From NCBI GenBank assembly GCA_951812945.1, contig CATOTB010000002.1:27238-91237 (forward strand): DNA of 64,000 nucleotides. The letters run 5' to 3'. Both the position numbers and the translations under genes were made by a program. This document shows positions 48,097 through 58,124 of this stretch, one piece after another. Numbering within the stretch: position 1 is the first letter of the stretch; each line of letters starts with the position of its first letter. Under the pieces are notes generated by a model. That model made no database searches and had not been told where the DNA came from. It was given only the letters and a program-made list of their open reading frames with translations. Source of the stretch: Candidatus Dadabacteria bacterium (GTDB taxonomy: Bacteria; Desulfobacterota_D; UBA1144; Nemesobacterales; Nemesobacteraceae).

Positions 48097-51000
48097 TCAT
48101 AAGACGGAGGGTCTCCTGCGGAACTCGAGCATGAGGCTGAAGACCGAAGGGATCAGAAACAGTGTGAAGGCCGTGGAGAGAACCAGTCCGCCGACCACGA
48201 CGCTTCCAAGGCCCTTGTATAGCTCAGAGCCCTCCCCCGGAGCAAGCACAAGGGGAAGCATGCCGAATACGCTTGTGAGGGTACTCATGAAAATCGGCCG
48301 TATCCTCACCCTTACCGATTCGCGTATGGCCTCCTGCTGCTCCATGCCCGCCCGGATGTTGTTAAGCGCCTGGTGAACTATGAGTATGGCGTTATTGATG
48401 ACTATTCCTATAAGAATCACGAAACCCAGCATCGTCAGTATATCAAGCGGCTGGTATGTGAACAGGTTAAGTGCGAAAAGCCCCAGGAAACCTCCGAGGG
48501 AGGCAAATGGAACCGTGACCAGGATAACCAGCGGATGGAGAAAACTCCCGAAAAGGGCTGCCATCAGCAGAAACGATATCACTACGGCCAGAAGAAAATT
48601 CCACTGAAGCGCGTCTTTTGCCGTCGCGAGCTTGTCTGCGGTTCCGGCAAGGGCAAAACCGGTCCGCTCCCCCACCTGGCCGCTTTGCTGAAGCACAGAG
48701 ATTATATTGTTGTTGATGATCTCGATCGCCTCCTCAAGCGCAACTTCTTCGGGAGGAGTTATCTGTATCGTTATCACCCTTTGTCTTTCGTAGTGATTTA
48801 TCTGCTCCGGGCCGTTTTCAAGACTGACCCTGGCCAGGGCTCCCACGGTAATCACCTTCCCGCTCGGTGAAGTGATCATTATGTTCTCTATATCCTGGGT
48901 TCTCTCTGAGAAATCCTGCTGCGCACGCAAGACTATGTCGACCTCCTGTCCCTCGAGGTTGAACTCGCTTGCCTCGACGCCGTCTATCAGGGATCTCACG
49001 GTAAACCCGAGCTCGCTGTTGGTGATCCCGACCCGGGAAGCCGACTCCCTCTCGGTAACGATCCTGAGCTCTGGGTTTCCGAGATCAAGGCTTGGAATCG
49101 GTCTTATCTGCGCCCCGGGAATGCTCTCCATGGACATGAAAAACACGCTCCTCGCGGTCCTCAGTATCTCATCGAGATCATCTCCCGTGACGTTAATGTC
49201 TATCGATCTCCCCTCGCCTATGTTGGCGTTAAAGATGCTGGGCTGGATTATCACGCCGAACGTTCCCGGAATCTTGGATAAGGTCTGCTGAAGGACTGGA
49301 AAAAGTTCCCTGATTTCCTTTCTGTTCTCGGCGATCGCACCCATGAAAATCTGTTTCCCCCTCGCAACGTAGAAGAAATTCTTTATGCGCGGGAGATCTT
49401 TTCCAGTCGCGGTTTTTCCGTTCATGTAGGGTTCGAGATCAGCCTCGATCTGCTTTCCGATGGCCGTATATTCCTCGACATTGTATCCGGGAGGCGGGAT
49501 AAGTATCCCGAAAAGCAGGTTCCTGTTTCCCGTGGGCAGGTATTCGGTCTTGGGAAAAACAGCGATTATAAGCACTATGGACAAGAGGGTGAAGGAACCC
49601 ACAAGAACCACCCTTTTCTTAACGCTTGTCATTATCTGCTCGGTAAAGCGGTTTATAAAGCCGGAGACCCTTCCCGCGAAACCAAGCAGCCGCGACATGA
49701 TACCAAGGCGCTCAAGAGATTCCGCGCCCCCCGCGGAGAGGTATTTTGAAGACGCAGACGGTATGACGGTTATGGAAACAAGAAGACTCAGTATGACGGA
49801 GACGCTGATCGCTATGGCTATGTCGCGAAACAGCTGTCCCGTCTGCTCCTCAATGAACATGATCGGAATGAACACGGCGGCCGTGGTGAGGGTGCTTGCA
49901 AGCACCGCCCCCCAGACCTCGGTCGTGCCCTCATAAGCCGCGGTGAGCCTCGATTTTCCCATCTGCATGTGGCGGTATATGTTTTCAAGGACCACGATTG
50001 AATTGTCTATAACCATGCCGACGGCGAAACTCATTCCCGCGAGACTGACCACATTTATAGTGCGCCCGAGCGCCTCGAAAACTATGAAAGTCCCTATCAC
50101 GCTTGACGGTATGGCGATTGCCACGATCATCGTGCTGCTCGCGCTTCTCAGGAAAAGAAGAAGAACCGTTATGGCAAGCACACCGCCTATAATAAGATTG
50201 CCCCTCACGAGCTTTATAGCGTTTTTTATGTACCCGGTCTCTTCGTAGACATTGCGGAGGCGGAGGCCGTTGTCCTCTAGGACCCCCGAATTCAATTCCT
50301 CGACGGCCGCAAAGAGAGCCTCCTTGACCTCTATTGAGTTCGCTCCGCTTTCGCGAAGCACGTTAATGGCGATGGAGGGCTCTCCGTTCTGCCTTACGGT
50401 GTAGCCCGGGTCCTCGTATCCGAGGCGGACAGTGGCAACGTCCCTGAGGTAAACGGGAAGGCCGCTTTGCGCGGTAGCCACTACGATGTTTCCTATATCC
50501 CGCATAGTTCTGTACTCTCCGACGGTTCGAACGAGATACTGCCTTTTACCCTCGTTAAAGGAGCCGGCGCTGAAATTCTCATTCTCCCTGTCAATGGAAG
50601 CGGCAAGTTCTGCTATCGTGATATTTCTCTTGGCAAGCGCGGCGGGATCGAAAAGAACCTCTATGCGCCGCTCCCTTCCGCCGAACACGTTTGAAGCCCC
50701 GACTCCGGGAACCCTCTCAAGCCTGGTGCGGATCATCTCGTCCGCAAAATCGTAGTAGAGATTTATGTCAGTGGGATTGTCTGAAAGGGGCTTAAGGATA
50801 AACCACGCCATGGCGTTTGCCCTGGGGTCGACGGTGGTTATTACGGGACGCTCGACCTCGTCGGGATATTCCCTTACCTGGTCAAGCCTGTTTGACACCT
50901 TGACCACCTTAGAGTCAATGTCGGAGCCGGTTTCAAACTCGAGTATTACCTCGGAGGAGCTCTCCGAGCTCTCGCTGTCAAGCCTTCTGAGGCCCGTTAT

Positions 51001-51219
51001 TCCCCTGAGTTCGTCTTCCTGCTCGTTTACCACCTCGCTTTCCATCTCAAAGGGGCTTGCCCCCCTCCAGAAAGTGCTCACGGTAACTCTGAGCGTCTCG
51101 ACGTCCGGGGTAAGCTGAACGGGAATCCTGAAAAGCGAGATGACCCCGAAAATAACGAGGAATATAACGCCGACAGCTACGGTTACGGGGTTTTTTATAG
51201 AGGTCTCGACAAGATTCAT
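48097..51219 (-). CDS. RND efflux transporter permease (AcrB/HAE family)
   Basis: 1040 aa with the characteristic 12-TM / two-large-loop layout and AcrB-like N-terminus (SIKNPVTVAVGVIFL...). Confidence 0.9.
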   Translation of the reverse strand: MNLVETSIKNPVTVAVGVIFLVIFGVISLFRIPVQLTPDVETLRVTVSTFWRGASPFEMESEVVNEQEDELRGITGLRRLDSESSESSSEVILEFETGSDIDSKVVKVSNRLDQVREYPDEVERPVITTVDPRANAMAWFILKPLSDNPTDINLYYDFADEMIRTRLERVPGVGASNVFGGRERRIEVLFDPAALAKRNITIAELAASIDRENENFSAGSFNEGKRQYLVRTVGEYRTMRDIGNIVVATAQSGLPVYLRDVATVRLGYEDPGYTVRQNGEPSIAINVLRESGANSIEVKEALFAAVEELNSGVLEDNGLRLRNVYEETGYIKNAIKLVRGNLIIGGVLAITVLLLFLRSASSTMIVAIAIPSSVIGTFIVFEALGRTINVVSLAGMSFAVGMVIDNSIVVLENIYRHMQMGKSRLTAAYEGTTEVWGAVLASTLTTAAVFIPIMFIEEQTGQLFRDIAIAISVSVILSLLVSITVIPSASSKYLSAGGAESLERLGIMSRLLGFAGRVSGFINRFTEQIMTSVKKRVVLVGSFTLLSIVLIIAVFPKTEYLPTGNRNLLFGILIPPPGYNVEEYTAIGKQIEADLEPYMNGKTATGKDLPRIKNFFYVARGKQIFMGAIAENRKEIRELFPVLQQTLSKIPGTFGVIIQPSIFNANIGEGRSIDINVTGDDLDEILRTARSVFFMSMESIPGAQIRPIPSLDLGNPELRIVTERESASRVGITNSELGFTVRSLIDGVEASEFNLEGQEVDIVLRAQQDFSERTQDIENIMITSPSGKVITVGALARVSLENGPEQINHYERQRVITIQITPPEEVALEEAIEIINNNIISVLQQSGQVGERTGFALAGTADKLATAKDALQWNFLLAVVISFLLMAALFGSFLHPLVILVTVPFASLGGFLGLFALNLFTYQPLDILTMLGFVILIGIVINNAILIVHQALNNIRAGMEQQEAIRESVRVRIRPIFMSTLTSVFGMLPLVLAPGEGSELYKGLGSVVVGGLVLSTAFTLFLIPSVFSLMLEFRRRPSVL

Positions 51220-52277
51220 TGCTCTTTGGTGTCAGTGACCCTGACTTTCTGCATGGGCCTGAGTCTCTCGTTTCCTCTTACGACCACGCTCTCGCCTACG
51301 CTTATTCCCCCTTCAACGTGAGTGAAGCTCTCATACCAGCCCTTCTCTTCCACCGGCACCGGGTGCGCGAGGCCCTCCCTCACGGCAAAAACCACAGAGC
51401 CCTGGGGAGACCTGACTATGGAATCTTTCGGTACGAGCTTTATTTTCTCGGTTTCGCCGATCCTTGCCATGATTACGGCGGAAGCCGAGGATTTTATCGT
51501 ATGATCAGGGTTCTCAAGCATCACCCTTACCGGGAAGGATACGGCCCTCGGGTCCGCGTCCGGGATGACTGAAGAGATTTTTGCGGGAACGGTCAGCCGA
51601 TTGTGGGAGGGCAGTATGACCTCGACTTCCATGCCCTCTCTTACGTCGTCTATGTACCTCTCGGGCACCCCCGCCATTACCTCTATAGTGTCTATGTCCA
51701 CGAAGGAAACCACCTGATCCCCGATACCGAGCCACTGTCCCGCTTCGGCGTGGTGCTTCGTCACGTAGCCGTTAAAAGGAGCGGCGATTCTCGACGCCGC
51801 AAGATCATATTCGGCGATTTCTACGCGGCTTTCAAGACTGAGCAGCCCGGCCCGGTCAGATTCCCTCTGGGTCTCTGCCCTGTCAAAATCTCCGTCAGAA
51901 ATAATGCCCTTGTCGTAGAGCTCTTTCATCCTCGCGAAATCCTTTTCCGAAAGCTCGGCCCTAGCAAGGGCTTCCTTTCTCTCGTTTTTAAGCTGCTCGA
52001 GAGCAAGGCGGATCTTGTCGTTCTTTATCTCGGCGAGGATCTCGCCCTTCTTTACGTACTGACCCTCCTCGGCATTCATTTTCCCCACGATTCCTTCGAC
52101 CTCGCTTGATATGACGGATTTTCTCGCGGGAAATGTTGCGCCGACAAGCCTGAGGGGCTTGTTTGCCTCCCTCTCAACAACCACGGATACCACCACTGGC
52201 GCATCAGGAGGCTGGGCGAGTGAGAGCCCCGGGGAAAAACATATAGACAAAAAAAGCAGTAAGACTTTTATTCGCAT
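51216..52277 (-). CDS. RND efflux periplasmic adaptor (membrane fusion protein)
   Basis: Signal peptide, coiled-coil hairpin region and beta-barrel domain pattern. 4-nt overlap with the RND permease. Confidence 0.85.
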   Translation of the reverse strand: MRIKVLLLFLSICFSPGLSLAQPPDAPVVVSVVVEREANKPLRLVGATFPARKSVISSEVEGIVGKMNAEEGQYVKKGEILAEIKNDKIRLALEQLKNERKEALARAELSEKDFARMKELYDKGIISDGDFDRAETQRESDRAGLLSLESRVEIAEYDLAASRIAAPFNGYVTKHHAEAGQWLGIGDQVVSFVDIDTIEVMAGVPERYIDDVREGMEVEVILPSHNRLTVPAKISSVIPDADPRAVSFPVRVMLENPDHTIKSSASAVIMARIGETEKIKLVPKDSIVRSPQGSVVFAVREGLAHPVPVEEKGWYESFTHVEGGISVGESVVVRGNERLRPMQKVRVTDTKEQ

Positions 52278-52506
52278 AAAAAGAACTCGCTCTCCATTGC
52301 CGAAGCATTCTGTTCAGAATGACCGCAAAGAACCCGCACACATCGCATTAAAAGGCGTGGAACGGTACAGACATATTTTTAGATCTCCTGAATTATACAC
52401 AACTAAATGCTCAGTACTTACTAGGTGAAGAACATCTTCGATCTTCTTCTTGTATTATTACAAATCGGTATTAGCATATAGGCATACAACCCCCAAGGAG
52501 ATTAAA

Positions 52507-52839
52507 ATGGCATCCGAAAACATAGTTGAGGTAGTAGATTCCGCGTTCGACAAGGAAGTAATGAAGAGCGAAGTCCCCGTTCTGGTCGACTTCTGGGCCC
52601 CTTGGTGCGGTCCCTGCAGGGCTCTCTCACCCGTTATCGAGGAAATCTCCAACGACTACGAAGGGAGCGTAAAGGTAGGAAAGGTGAATGTGGACGAGAA
52701 CCCGGAGACGACCATGAAATTCCGCATCAGAAGCATTCCCACGCTGATAGTCTTTAAAAACGGCGAGGTCGCCGAGCAGATAGTCGGCGCCGTCCCGAAA
52801 AGTGAAATAGAAAAGGTACTGAACAAGACCCTGGACTGA
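52507..52839 (+). CDS. trxA: Thioredoxin
   Basis: WAPWCGPC active site. AAGGAG SD before the ATG at 52507. The ORF-track start at 52450 is unlikely. Confidence 0.9.
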   Translation: MASENIVEVVDSAFDKEVMKSEVPVLVDFWAPWCGPCRALSPVIEEISNDYEGSVKVGKVNVDENPETTMKFRIRSIPTLIVFKNGEVAEQIVGAVPKSEIEKVLNKTLD

Positions 52840-52865
52840 TACGTTTCGGGCACAGGCACGAAGAA

Positions 52866-53156
52866 ATGGGCAAATACATAATGCTTAGCAACCTCACCGA
52901 CGAAGGCAGAAGGACCATAAAAATGAGGCCCGAGAGGATAAAAGAGGTTAACAGGGAGCTTGAGGAGATGGGCGCCAAGGTTGAAGCCCAGTACGCGGCA
53001 CTCGGCCCTTACGACTTTGTGAACATAGTGGAAGCGCCGGATAACGAAACAATCACGAAAATCGTAATAGAACTCGGCTCAAGGGGAACTATCCACATAG
53101 AAACCCTAGCCGCAATCCCCATCGGCGAATTCGAGGAAAAACTGATAAACGAATAA
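52866..53156 (+). CDS. GYD domain-containing protein
   Basis: 96 aa. The pattern MGKYIML...TDEG...GPYDFV...EAPD is typical of the GYD family. Confidence 0.7.
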   Translation: MGKYIMLSNLTDEGRRTIKMRPERIKEVNRELEEMGAKVEAQYAALGPYDFVNIVEAPDNETITKIVIELGSRGTIHIETLAAIPIGEFEEKLINE

Positions 53157-53397
53157 TCCCTCCCTTCCCCAAAGCATTAAACGACAACAAGCTTTTTTAC
53201 CGACATATAATCATCGCAAAAAACTGAGCCGTTTAGTTCTGTTTTAGCATGTAATTATAGAGCACATCAACAGATCGGTGATGACAATACATATTTCAGT
53301 ACCGAAAGAATAATTCTGCTTGAAATTTCCCACAAATTCGATTTATGATGGAAGATGGTAGAATATTATTACACCAGCTAGAGGAGGATGCGTACCG

Positions 53398-54696
53398 ATG
53401 AAAAAAGTTAATTTGTTTTTTCCCGTTCTGGCAGCTGTATTTTTTCTGGCCGTCTGGGGATGCGGTGATGGTGACGTGGCGGTTTGCGGCGAAGACGCTC
53501 TTTGCGTAGGGGTACTCTCCCCAGATACGTCTCTCGTAAATTTTGCTGATGGCATTGCAGATGCGGTCAGGAAGGCTGAAACCGACATTGCGAACGCCGG
53601 CGGCAACATGGAACTTCACCTCAAAGAAGTAGGTGACTGCAACGATCTTTCTGTTCCCAGAGATGGGGCGAAAGAGTTAATTGATATGGGAGTCGACGCC
53701 ATAGTAGGACATCTATGTTCCGGGGTCTCAAACAGCATTCTAGGGGGCGGCGATGAAGCGGCCGTGTCTGGAATTGAGAACGTTATCATGATTTCGCCCG
53801 CCAATACCGCTGCCGTTTTCAGTCAGGATAATAGCATATACGATTATTATTTCAGGACTGCTCCTTCGGATGTAAACCAGGCGGCAGTTTTGGCGGAACA
53901 AATCAAAACGACTTCGTCAGCGCAAACATATGTGGTTTACCGTGACGACATCTGGGGAGAGCTTTTCAAAGAGGGTCTCCGAGAACACGGCATTTTCGAT
54001 GATGATAATATGGTCTTGAAGTATGATCCTGAGGAGGAGCTCGACACCATCGCTAGCATGGTTGAAGAATTTCTTGATGGGAAGGGGGATATCAACGTAG
54101 CCGTGATCGCGTTTGATGAGGCAGAGAACATACTGAAAAAATTGTTGAGTTCGGAGAAAATCTCCGACGAAAACAGGTATTACCTAAACGACGGATATTA
54201 CGTGGAACTTGACAAGCTAAAAGATGAATTGGAGGGGTTAGGGCAAGATCCTCTGGGAAAAAATCCCGAGACGCTGGCTGAGCTTTTCCACAGCAGCTCT
54301 TCCGGATTCCTGGCCACTTCAACAGACAGTTATGAATATGATGATATGGTGTTAGCAGATGCTCAGAGAGAGTTTCTGTCTCAGTCTGAGGGCGACTATG
54401 CCGCCAACACGTATGATGCGGTGGTATTGCTGGCGCTTGCGCATTTAAAGGCCGGCAGCGCTGAACCTGATGCTTTGGCCGGGGCGTTGGTGGAAGTCAG
54501 CAATCCGCCGGGGAAATGTATCAGTTACGAAGAATGTGCCATGCAAATTCAAAATGGAGTTGCCAATATTAACTACGAAGGACTTTCAGGACCGATTGAT
54601 TTTGATGATAAAGGAGATATACGAGTAGCAGTCTACAAGATACTTAGTTACTTTGGCCGTACTATAAATGAGCAAAGCGACGTCTCAGCTCCTTGA
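53398..54696 (+). CDS. Periplasmic substrate-binding protein, type I (LivJ/Peripla_BP_6-like), no transporter partners adjacent
   Basis: Signal peptide/lipobox (VWGCG). AIVGHLCSGVS and YYFRTAPSD patterns resemble branched-chain amino-acid-type SBPs. Confidence 0.6.
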   Translation: MKKVNLFFPVLAAVFFLAVWGCGDGDVAVCGEDALCVGVLSPDTSLVNFADGIADAVRKAETDIANAGGNMELHLKEVGDCNDLSVPRDGAKELIDMGVDAIVGHLCSGVSNSILGGGDEAAVSGIENVIMISPANTAAVFSQDNSIYDYYFRTAPSDVNQAAVLAEQIKTTSSAQTYVVYRDDIWGELFKEGLREHGIFDDDNMVLKYDPEEELDTIASMVEEFLDGKGDINVAVIAFDEAENILKKLLSSEKISDENRYYLNDGYYVELDKLKDELEGLGQDPLGKNPETLAELFHSSSSGFLATSTDSYEYDDMVLADAQREFLSQSEGDYAANTYDAVVLLALAHLKAGSAEPDALAGALVEVSNPPGKCISYEECAMQIQNGVANINYEGLSGPIDFDDKGDIRVAVYKILSYFGRTINEQSDVSAP

Positions 54697-55244
54697 CCTG
54701 AAAAATTATACGGATGGTTCGCGGGGCGGGGGTTTCTTGCTTTTTCCGGCGCTGTCGTCAAGACGCGGTTCTTTGTTGTCCGGAGAGACCTGCGGGGGTT
54801 TTTGATTTTCCAGGATACCGATAGCGTCTTGGGTTTTTTCGCAAATCCGCTTCCACGCCATCGCTGCTGCCCGGTGGATTATATCTCCGCAATAAAAATC
54901 TTAAATTCACTGCAAATTCCCTTGCCATTATCTTCGGATGAAGAGGATGCCGGCCATTTTCGCGCTCGGAGCGATTCTTGGGACGGTTTATTTAACTGTC
55001 GGAGAACATATTGAAGTTTGACATCGCTGAGTCCGCTTCCAAGACCCCGGTTCTCAAGTCGCTTCCGGAGCATCTGTTTAGGGTCACCGTCCCGATTTCC
55101 GTTTCCATGGAGACCGAGGGAAAAGCACTTGAGCGAGGCGGCGTTTCAATGGCGCTCTTCAATATCTGGAACTTTATTTTTGACTGAAGAGCATATAACC
55201 TTAACCAACCCGCGGGGATAACCTTTCACCCGGGGAAACGTACT

Positions 55245-56528
55245 ATGAAAGCGCCCCGTCTTCACGGATTCAAAGACATATTCCACCCTGAAACGGAAAG
55301 ACTGCGACTTGTAGAGAGTAAGACTAAAGAGGTGTTCGAACGCTTCGGTTTCTCCGAAATAATCATTCCGGTCCTGGAACCCTCCGGGGTCTACTCAACG
55401 GGACTCGGCGATACCACCGACATCGTACAGAAGGAGATGTACACCTTCGAGACCAAGGGTGGGGAGTGGGTTTCGATGAGGCCCGAGGGAACGGCGGGAG
55501 TGGTAAGGGCGTTTATAGAGCATTCCCTTCACAGAAAATCGCCCGTGACGAAGCTTTACTACTCGGGAGAGATGTTCAGGCATGAAAAACCTCAGGAAGG
55601 AAGGCAGAGAAGTTTTAACCAGATAGGAGCAGAGCTTTTCGGTTCCAAGGACCCGCTTGCGGATTCAGAGATAATCGCGATGCTCTGGCTTGCAATCACG
55701 GAACTTGGGCTCTCGGATCACGTGGAGCTTGAACTTAACTCAATAGGGCAGCCAATTGAGCGTGAGCGGTACAAAAAAGCCCTTACGGACTTTCTTTCCC
55801 CGAATAAGGACTCCCTTTGCGAGAACTGCCAGAATAGGCTCGGCACTAACCCCCTCCGCATACTTGACTGCAAGACCAGGACATGCCGCGAGATAACGTC
55901 CGAGATCCCCTTCTCGATCCAGGATTATCTCTCTGAGCAAAGCAGCGAGCATCTCAACACACTTACCTACTCTCTCGGCGAGAAGTCCATACCTTACAGG
56001 CTTAACCCCAGGATAGTCAGGGGACTTGACTACTACACGGACACCGTCTTCGAGATAACAACTGACAAGCTCGGTTCCCAAAACGCCGTGGCCGCCGGGG
56101 GAAGATACGACCTCCTGGTGGAGCGCATGGGAGGACCGGAAACACCCGCCGTGGGCTTCGCAATGGGGGTTGAGAGGATACTGCTTCTGCTTGAAAAAAC
56201 TAAGACCCGGAGAAACGCTCCGGGGAAAAAACAGCTCGTGTGTGTTATCCATATCGGGGATGAAGCCAGAGGAGAGGCGGCAAAAATAGCCGACGACCTA
56301 AGAAAAAAGGGCATGCGGGTCGAGACCGAATACGAAAACAAGAGCCTGAAAAGCCAGATGAGAAAAGCGAACAGAACCGGGGCGGCGTATTCCATCATTA
56401 TCGGAGAAGACGAACTTCGGAGGAAAATCTTTTCGCTTCGCAACATGAAAACGGGAGAGGAAAAAACGTTTCCACTCAAAACACTCGCCGACCTTCGGGG
56501 ACACGGCGATTTTCGGAAACTTCTCTGA
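55245..56528 (+). CDS. hisS: Histidine--tRNA ligase
   Basis: Class II motifs (MRPEGTAGVVRA, FRHEKPQEGRQRSFNQIG, GGGRYD) and a C-terminal anticodon-binding domain. Confidence 0.95.
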   Translation: MKAPRLHGFKDIFHPETERLRLVESKTKEVFERFGFSEIIIPVLEPSGVYSTGLGDTTDIVQKEMYTFETKGGEWVSMRPEGTAGVVRAFIEHSLHRKSPVTKLYYSGEMFRHEKPQEGRQRSFNQIGAELFGSKDPLADSEIIAMLWLAITELGLSDHVELELNSIGQPIERERYKKALTDFLSPNKDSLCENCQNRLGTNPLRILDCKTRTCREITSEIPFSIQDYLSEQSSEHLNTLTYSLGEKSIPYRLNPRIVRGLDYYTDTVFEITTDKLGSQNAVAAGGRYDLLVERMGGPETPAVGFAMGVERILLLLEKTKTRRNAPGKKQLVCVIHIGDEARGEAAKIADDLRKKGMRVETEYENKSLKSQMRKANRTGAAYSIIIGEDELRRKIFSLRNMKTGEEKTFPLKTLADLRGHGDFRKLL

Positions 56529-56570
56529 TTCGCCCGCTGCGGCGAAATCCCGTTTCCACTAAACAACCCT

Positions 56571-57803
56571 ATGCTTAGAAACAGATTTTTTTACGGATGG
56601 GTCATAGTCGTTGCAGGGCACCTGCTCATAATGCTTGACGGGATGGTTCTCTACTCGTTCGGGATATTTCTCCCCTACCTGAACGAAGCTTTCGGTCTCT
56701 CCAGTACCGTCGGATCGTCGTTTTTTTCCCTGAGATGCGTGTGCATGGCTTTTTCGTTTGTATTCGCGGGGAGGCTCATAGACACCCACGACGCAAGGTA
56801 TCTGACTTTCTTCGGAGGACTCATGGGGGCATTGGGCTTTTTACTCTCCGCTTATGCAGAAACCACCTGGGAGCTTTATCTTACCTACAGCGTGATGGTG
56901 GGAATAGGAGACGGCTTTCTCTACATACTGCCCGTCACCGTCATCAGCAGGTGGTTCGTTAAGAAAAGGGCGCTTGCCATAGGGATCGCCACGGCGGGGG
57001 TTCCGGTAAGCGGACTTGTGGTAAACCCGCTTACCACGTGGCTCATAGAATCTTTCGGTTACGAGCGCGCCCTTGTTTACATCTCGGTGATTTTCACCGC
57101 GATGCTTTGTTCCGCGCTTCTGGTGAAAAACCGCCCCGAGGAGATGGGGCTCAAGGCATACGGAGAGAACTCGGAGGATGCAGCTAAAGATACGGGAGCT
57201 TCTGACTGGAGTGCGAAGGAAGCGTTTTCACACTCAAGCTTCTGGCTTATGTATGTTGCCTTTTTCCTCGGGTTTAACACTTTTCTCATCATTATCGTAC
57301 ACCTATTTAACTTCTCCGTAGAGGCGGGACTATCCCCTCTTGTTGCGGCCGGTGCGCCCGCTTTTATAGGGGTTGGAAGCATCTTCGGGCGGATTTTCTT
57401 CTCGGGAGTTATGACCAACTACCTAAGCAACGTGCGTATACTGTTTATCTGTTATTTCTTTCAGGCGGCATCGATAATCCTCATCCTGTCGGTCGTGAAC
57501 GTGTGGTCTCTTTACCTGTTCGGCTTCCTGTTCGGCCTCTTCTACAGCGGATGGGTCCCGATGTTCCCGACGATACTTGGAAGATTCTACGGCCTCACGT
57601 CCCTTGGAAGCATCTTCGGTATTTTCGGCACCGGGTTCTCCCTCGCCGCGATCAGCGGTCCTCTTATTTCCGGACTTCTCCTCGACATGACCCAGAGCTA
57701 CCAGGACGCCCTAATCGTGGCAACGGCGGCATCCTTCTTAACGGCCTTCATAACACTCCTCATAAAGAAGCCGACGAAAAAAAAGAGCGAAGCCAGTACT
57801 TAA
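56571..57803 (+). CDS. MFS transporter (oxalate/formate antiporter-like)
   Basis: 410 aa with a 12-TM pattern and OFA-like N-terminus (RFFYGWVIVVAG). Confidence 0.75.
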   Translation: MLRNRFFYGWVIVVAGHLLIMLDGMVLYSFGIFLPYLNEAFGLSSTVGSSFFSLRCVCMAFSFVFAGRLIDTHDARYLTFFGGLMGALGFLLSAYAETTWELYLTYSVMVGIGDGFLYILPVTVISRWFVKKRALAIGIATAGVPVSGLVVNPLTTWLIESFGYERALVYISVIFTAMLCSALLVKNRPEEMGLKAYGENSEDAAKDTGASDWSAKEAFSHSSFWLMYVAFFLGFNTFLIIIVHLFNFSVEAGLSPLVAAGAPAFIGVGSIFGRIFFSGVMTNYLSNVRILFICYFFQAASIILILSVVNVWSLYLFGFLFGLFYSGWVPMFPTILGRFYGLTSLGSIFGIFGTGFSLAAISGPLISGLLLDMTQSYQDALIVATAASFLTAFITLLIKKPTKKKSEAST

Positions 57804-57845
57804 TCCGCCGGTTTTGGTTATATTAGACACCGGGAGAAAGAAACC

Positions 57846-58061
57846 ATGTTCGGACTTGGCACGGCTGAATTACTAATAATACTTTTTATCGCCCTTGTCG
57901 TTTTAGGGCCCAAGGAGTTGCCCAAAGTCGCAAGAACTCTCGGCAGGGGGATAAGAGAGCTCCAAAGAGCCAAGGATGACATAAAAAAGAACATAGAATT
58001 TGAAGACGATACAGACGAGAAAACCGAGTTTCAGGCGCCCGAAAAGAACGGAAGCTCCTGA
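57846..58061 (+). CDS. tatA: Twin-arginine translocase TatA/TatB-family protein
   Basis: MFGLG..ELLIILFIALVVLGPKELP TM helix plus amphipathic helix signature. Confidence 0.85.
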   Translation: MFGLGTAELLIILFIALVVLGPKELPKVARTLGRGIRELQRAKDDIKKNIEFEDDTDEKTEFQAPEKNGSS

Positions 58062-58124
58062 CTTGTCAAAAGCACTTTCTCTGAATAGTATTTACGCTAA
58101 TCGTTTTTCCCTTGAGCCCTCTCT

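Noticed and set aside
54697-55244. The 550-bp gap upstream of hisS contains several 27-70-aa ORFs on both strands. Examples are MKRMPAIFALGAILGTVYLTVGEHIEV and MAWKRICEKTQDAIGILENQKPP....
   Set aside because: None has a convincing SD or a recognisable motif. No RNA fold or repeat was evident. It is left unannotated and may deserve an Rfam scan.
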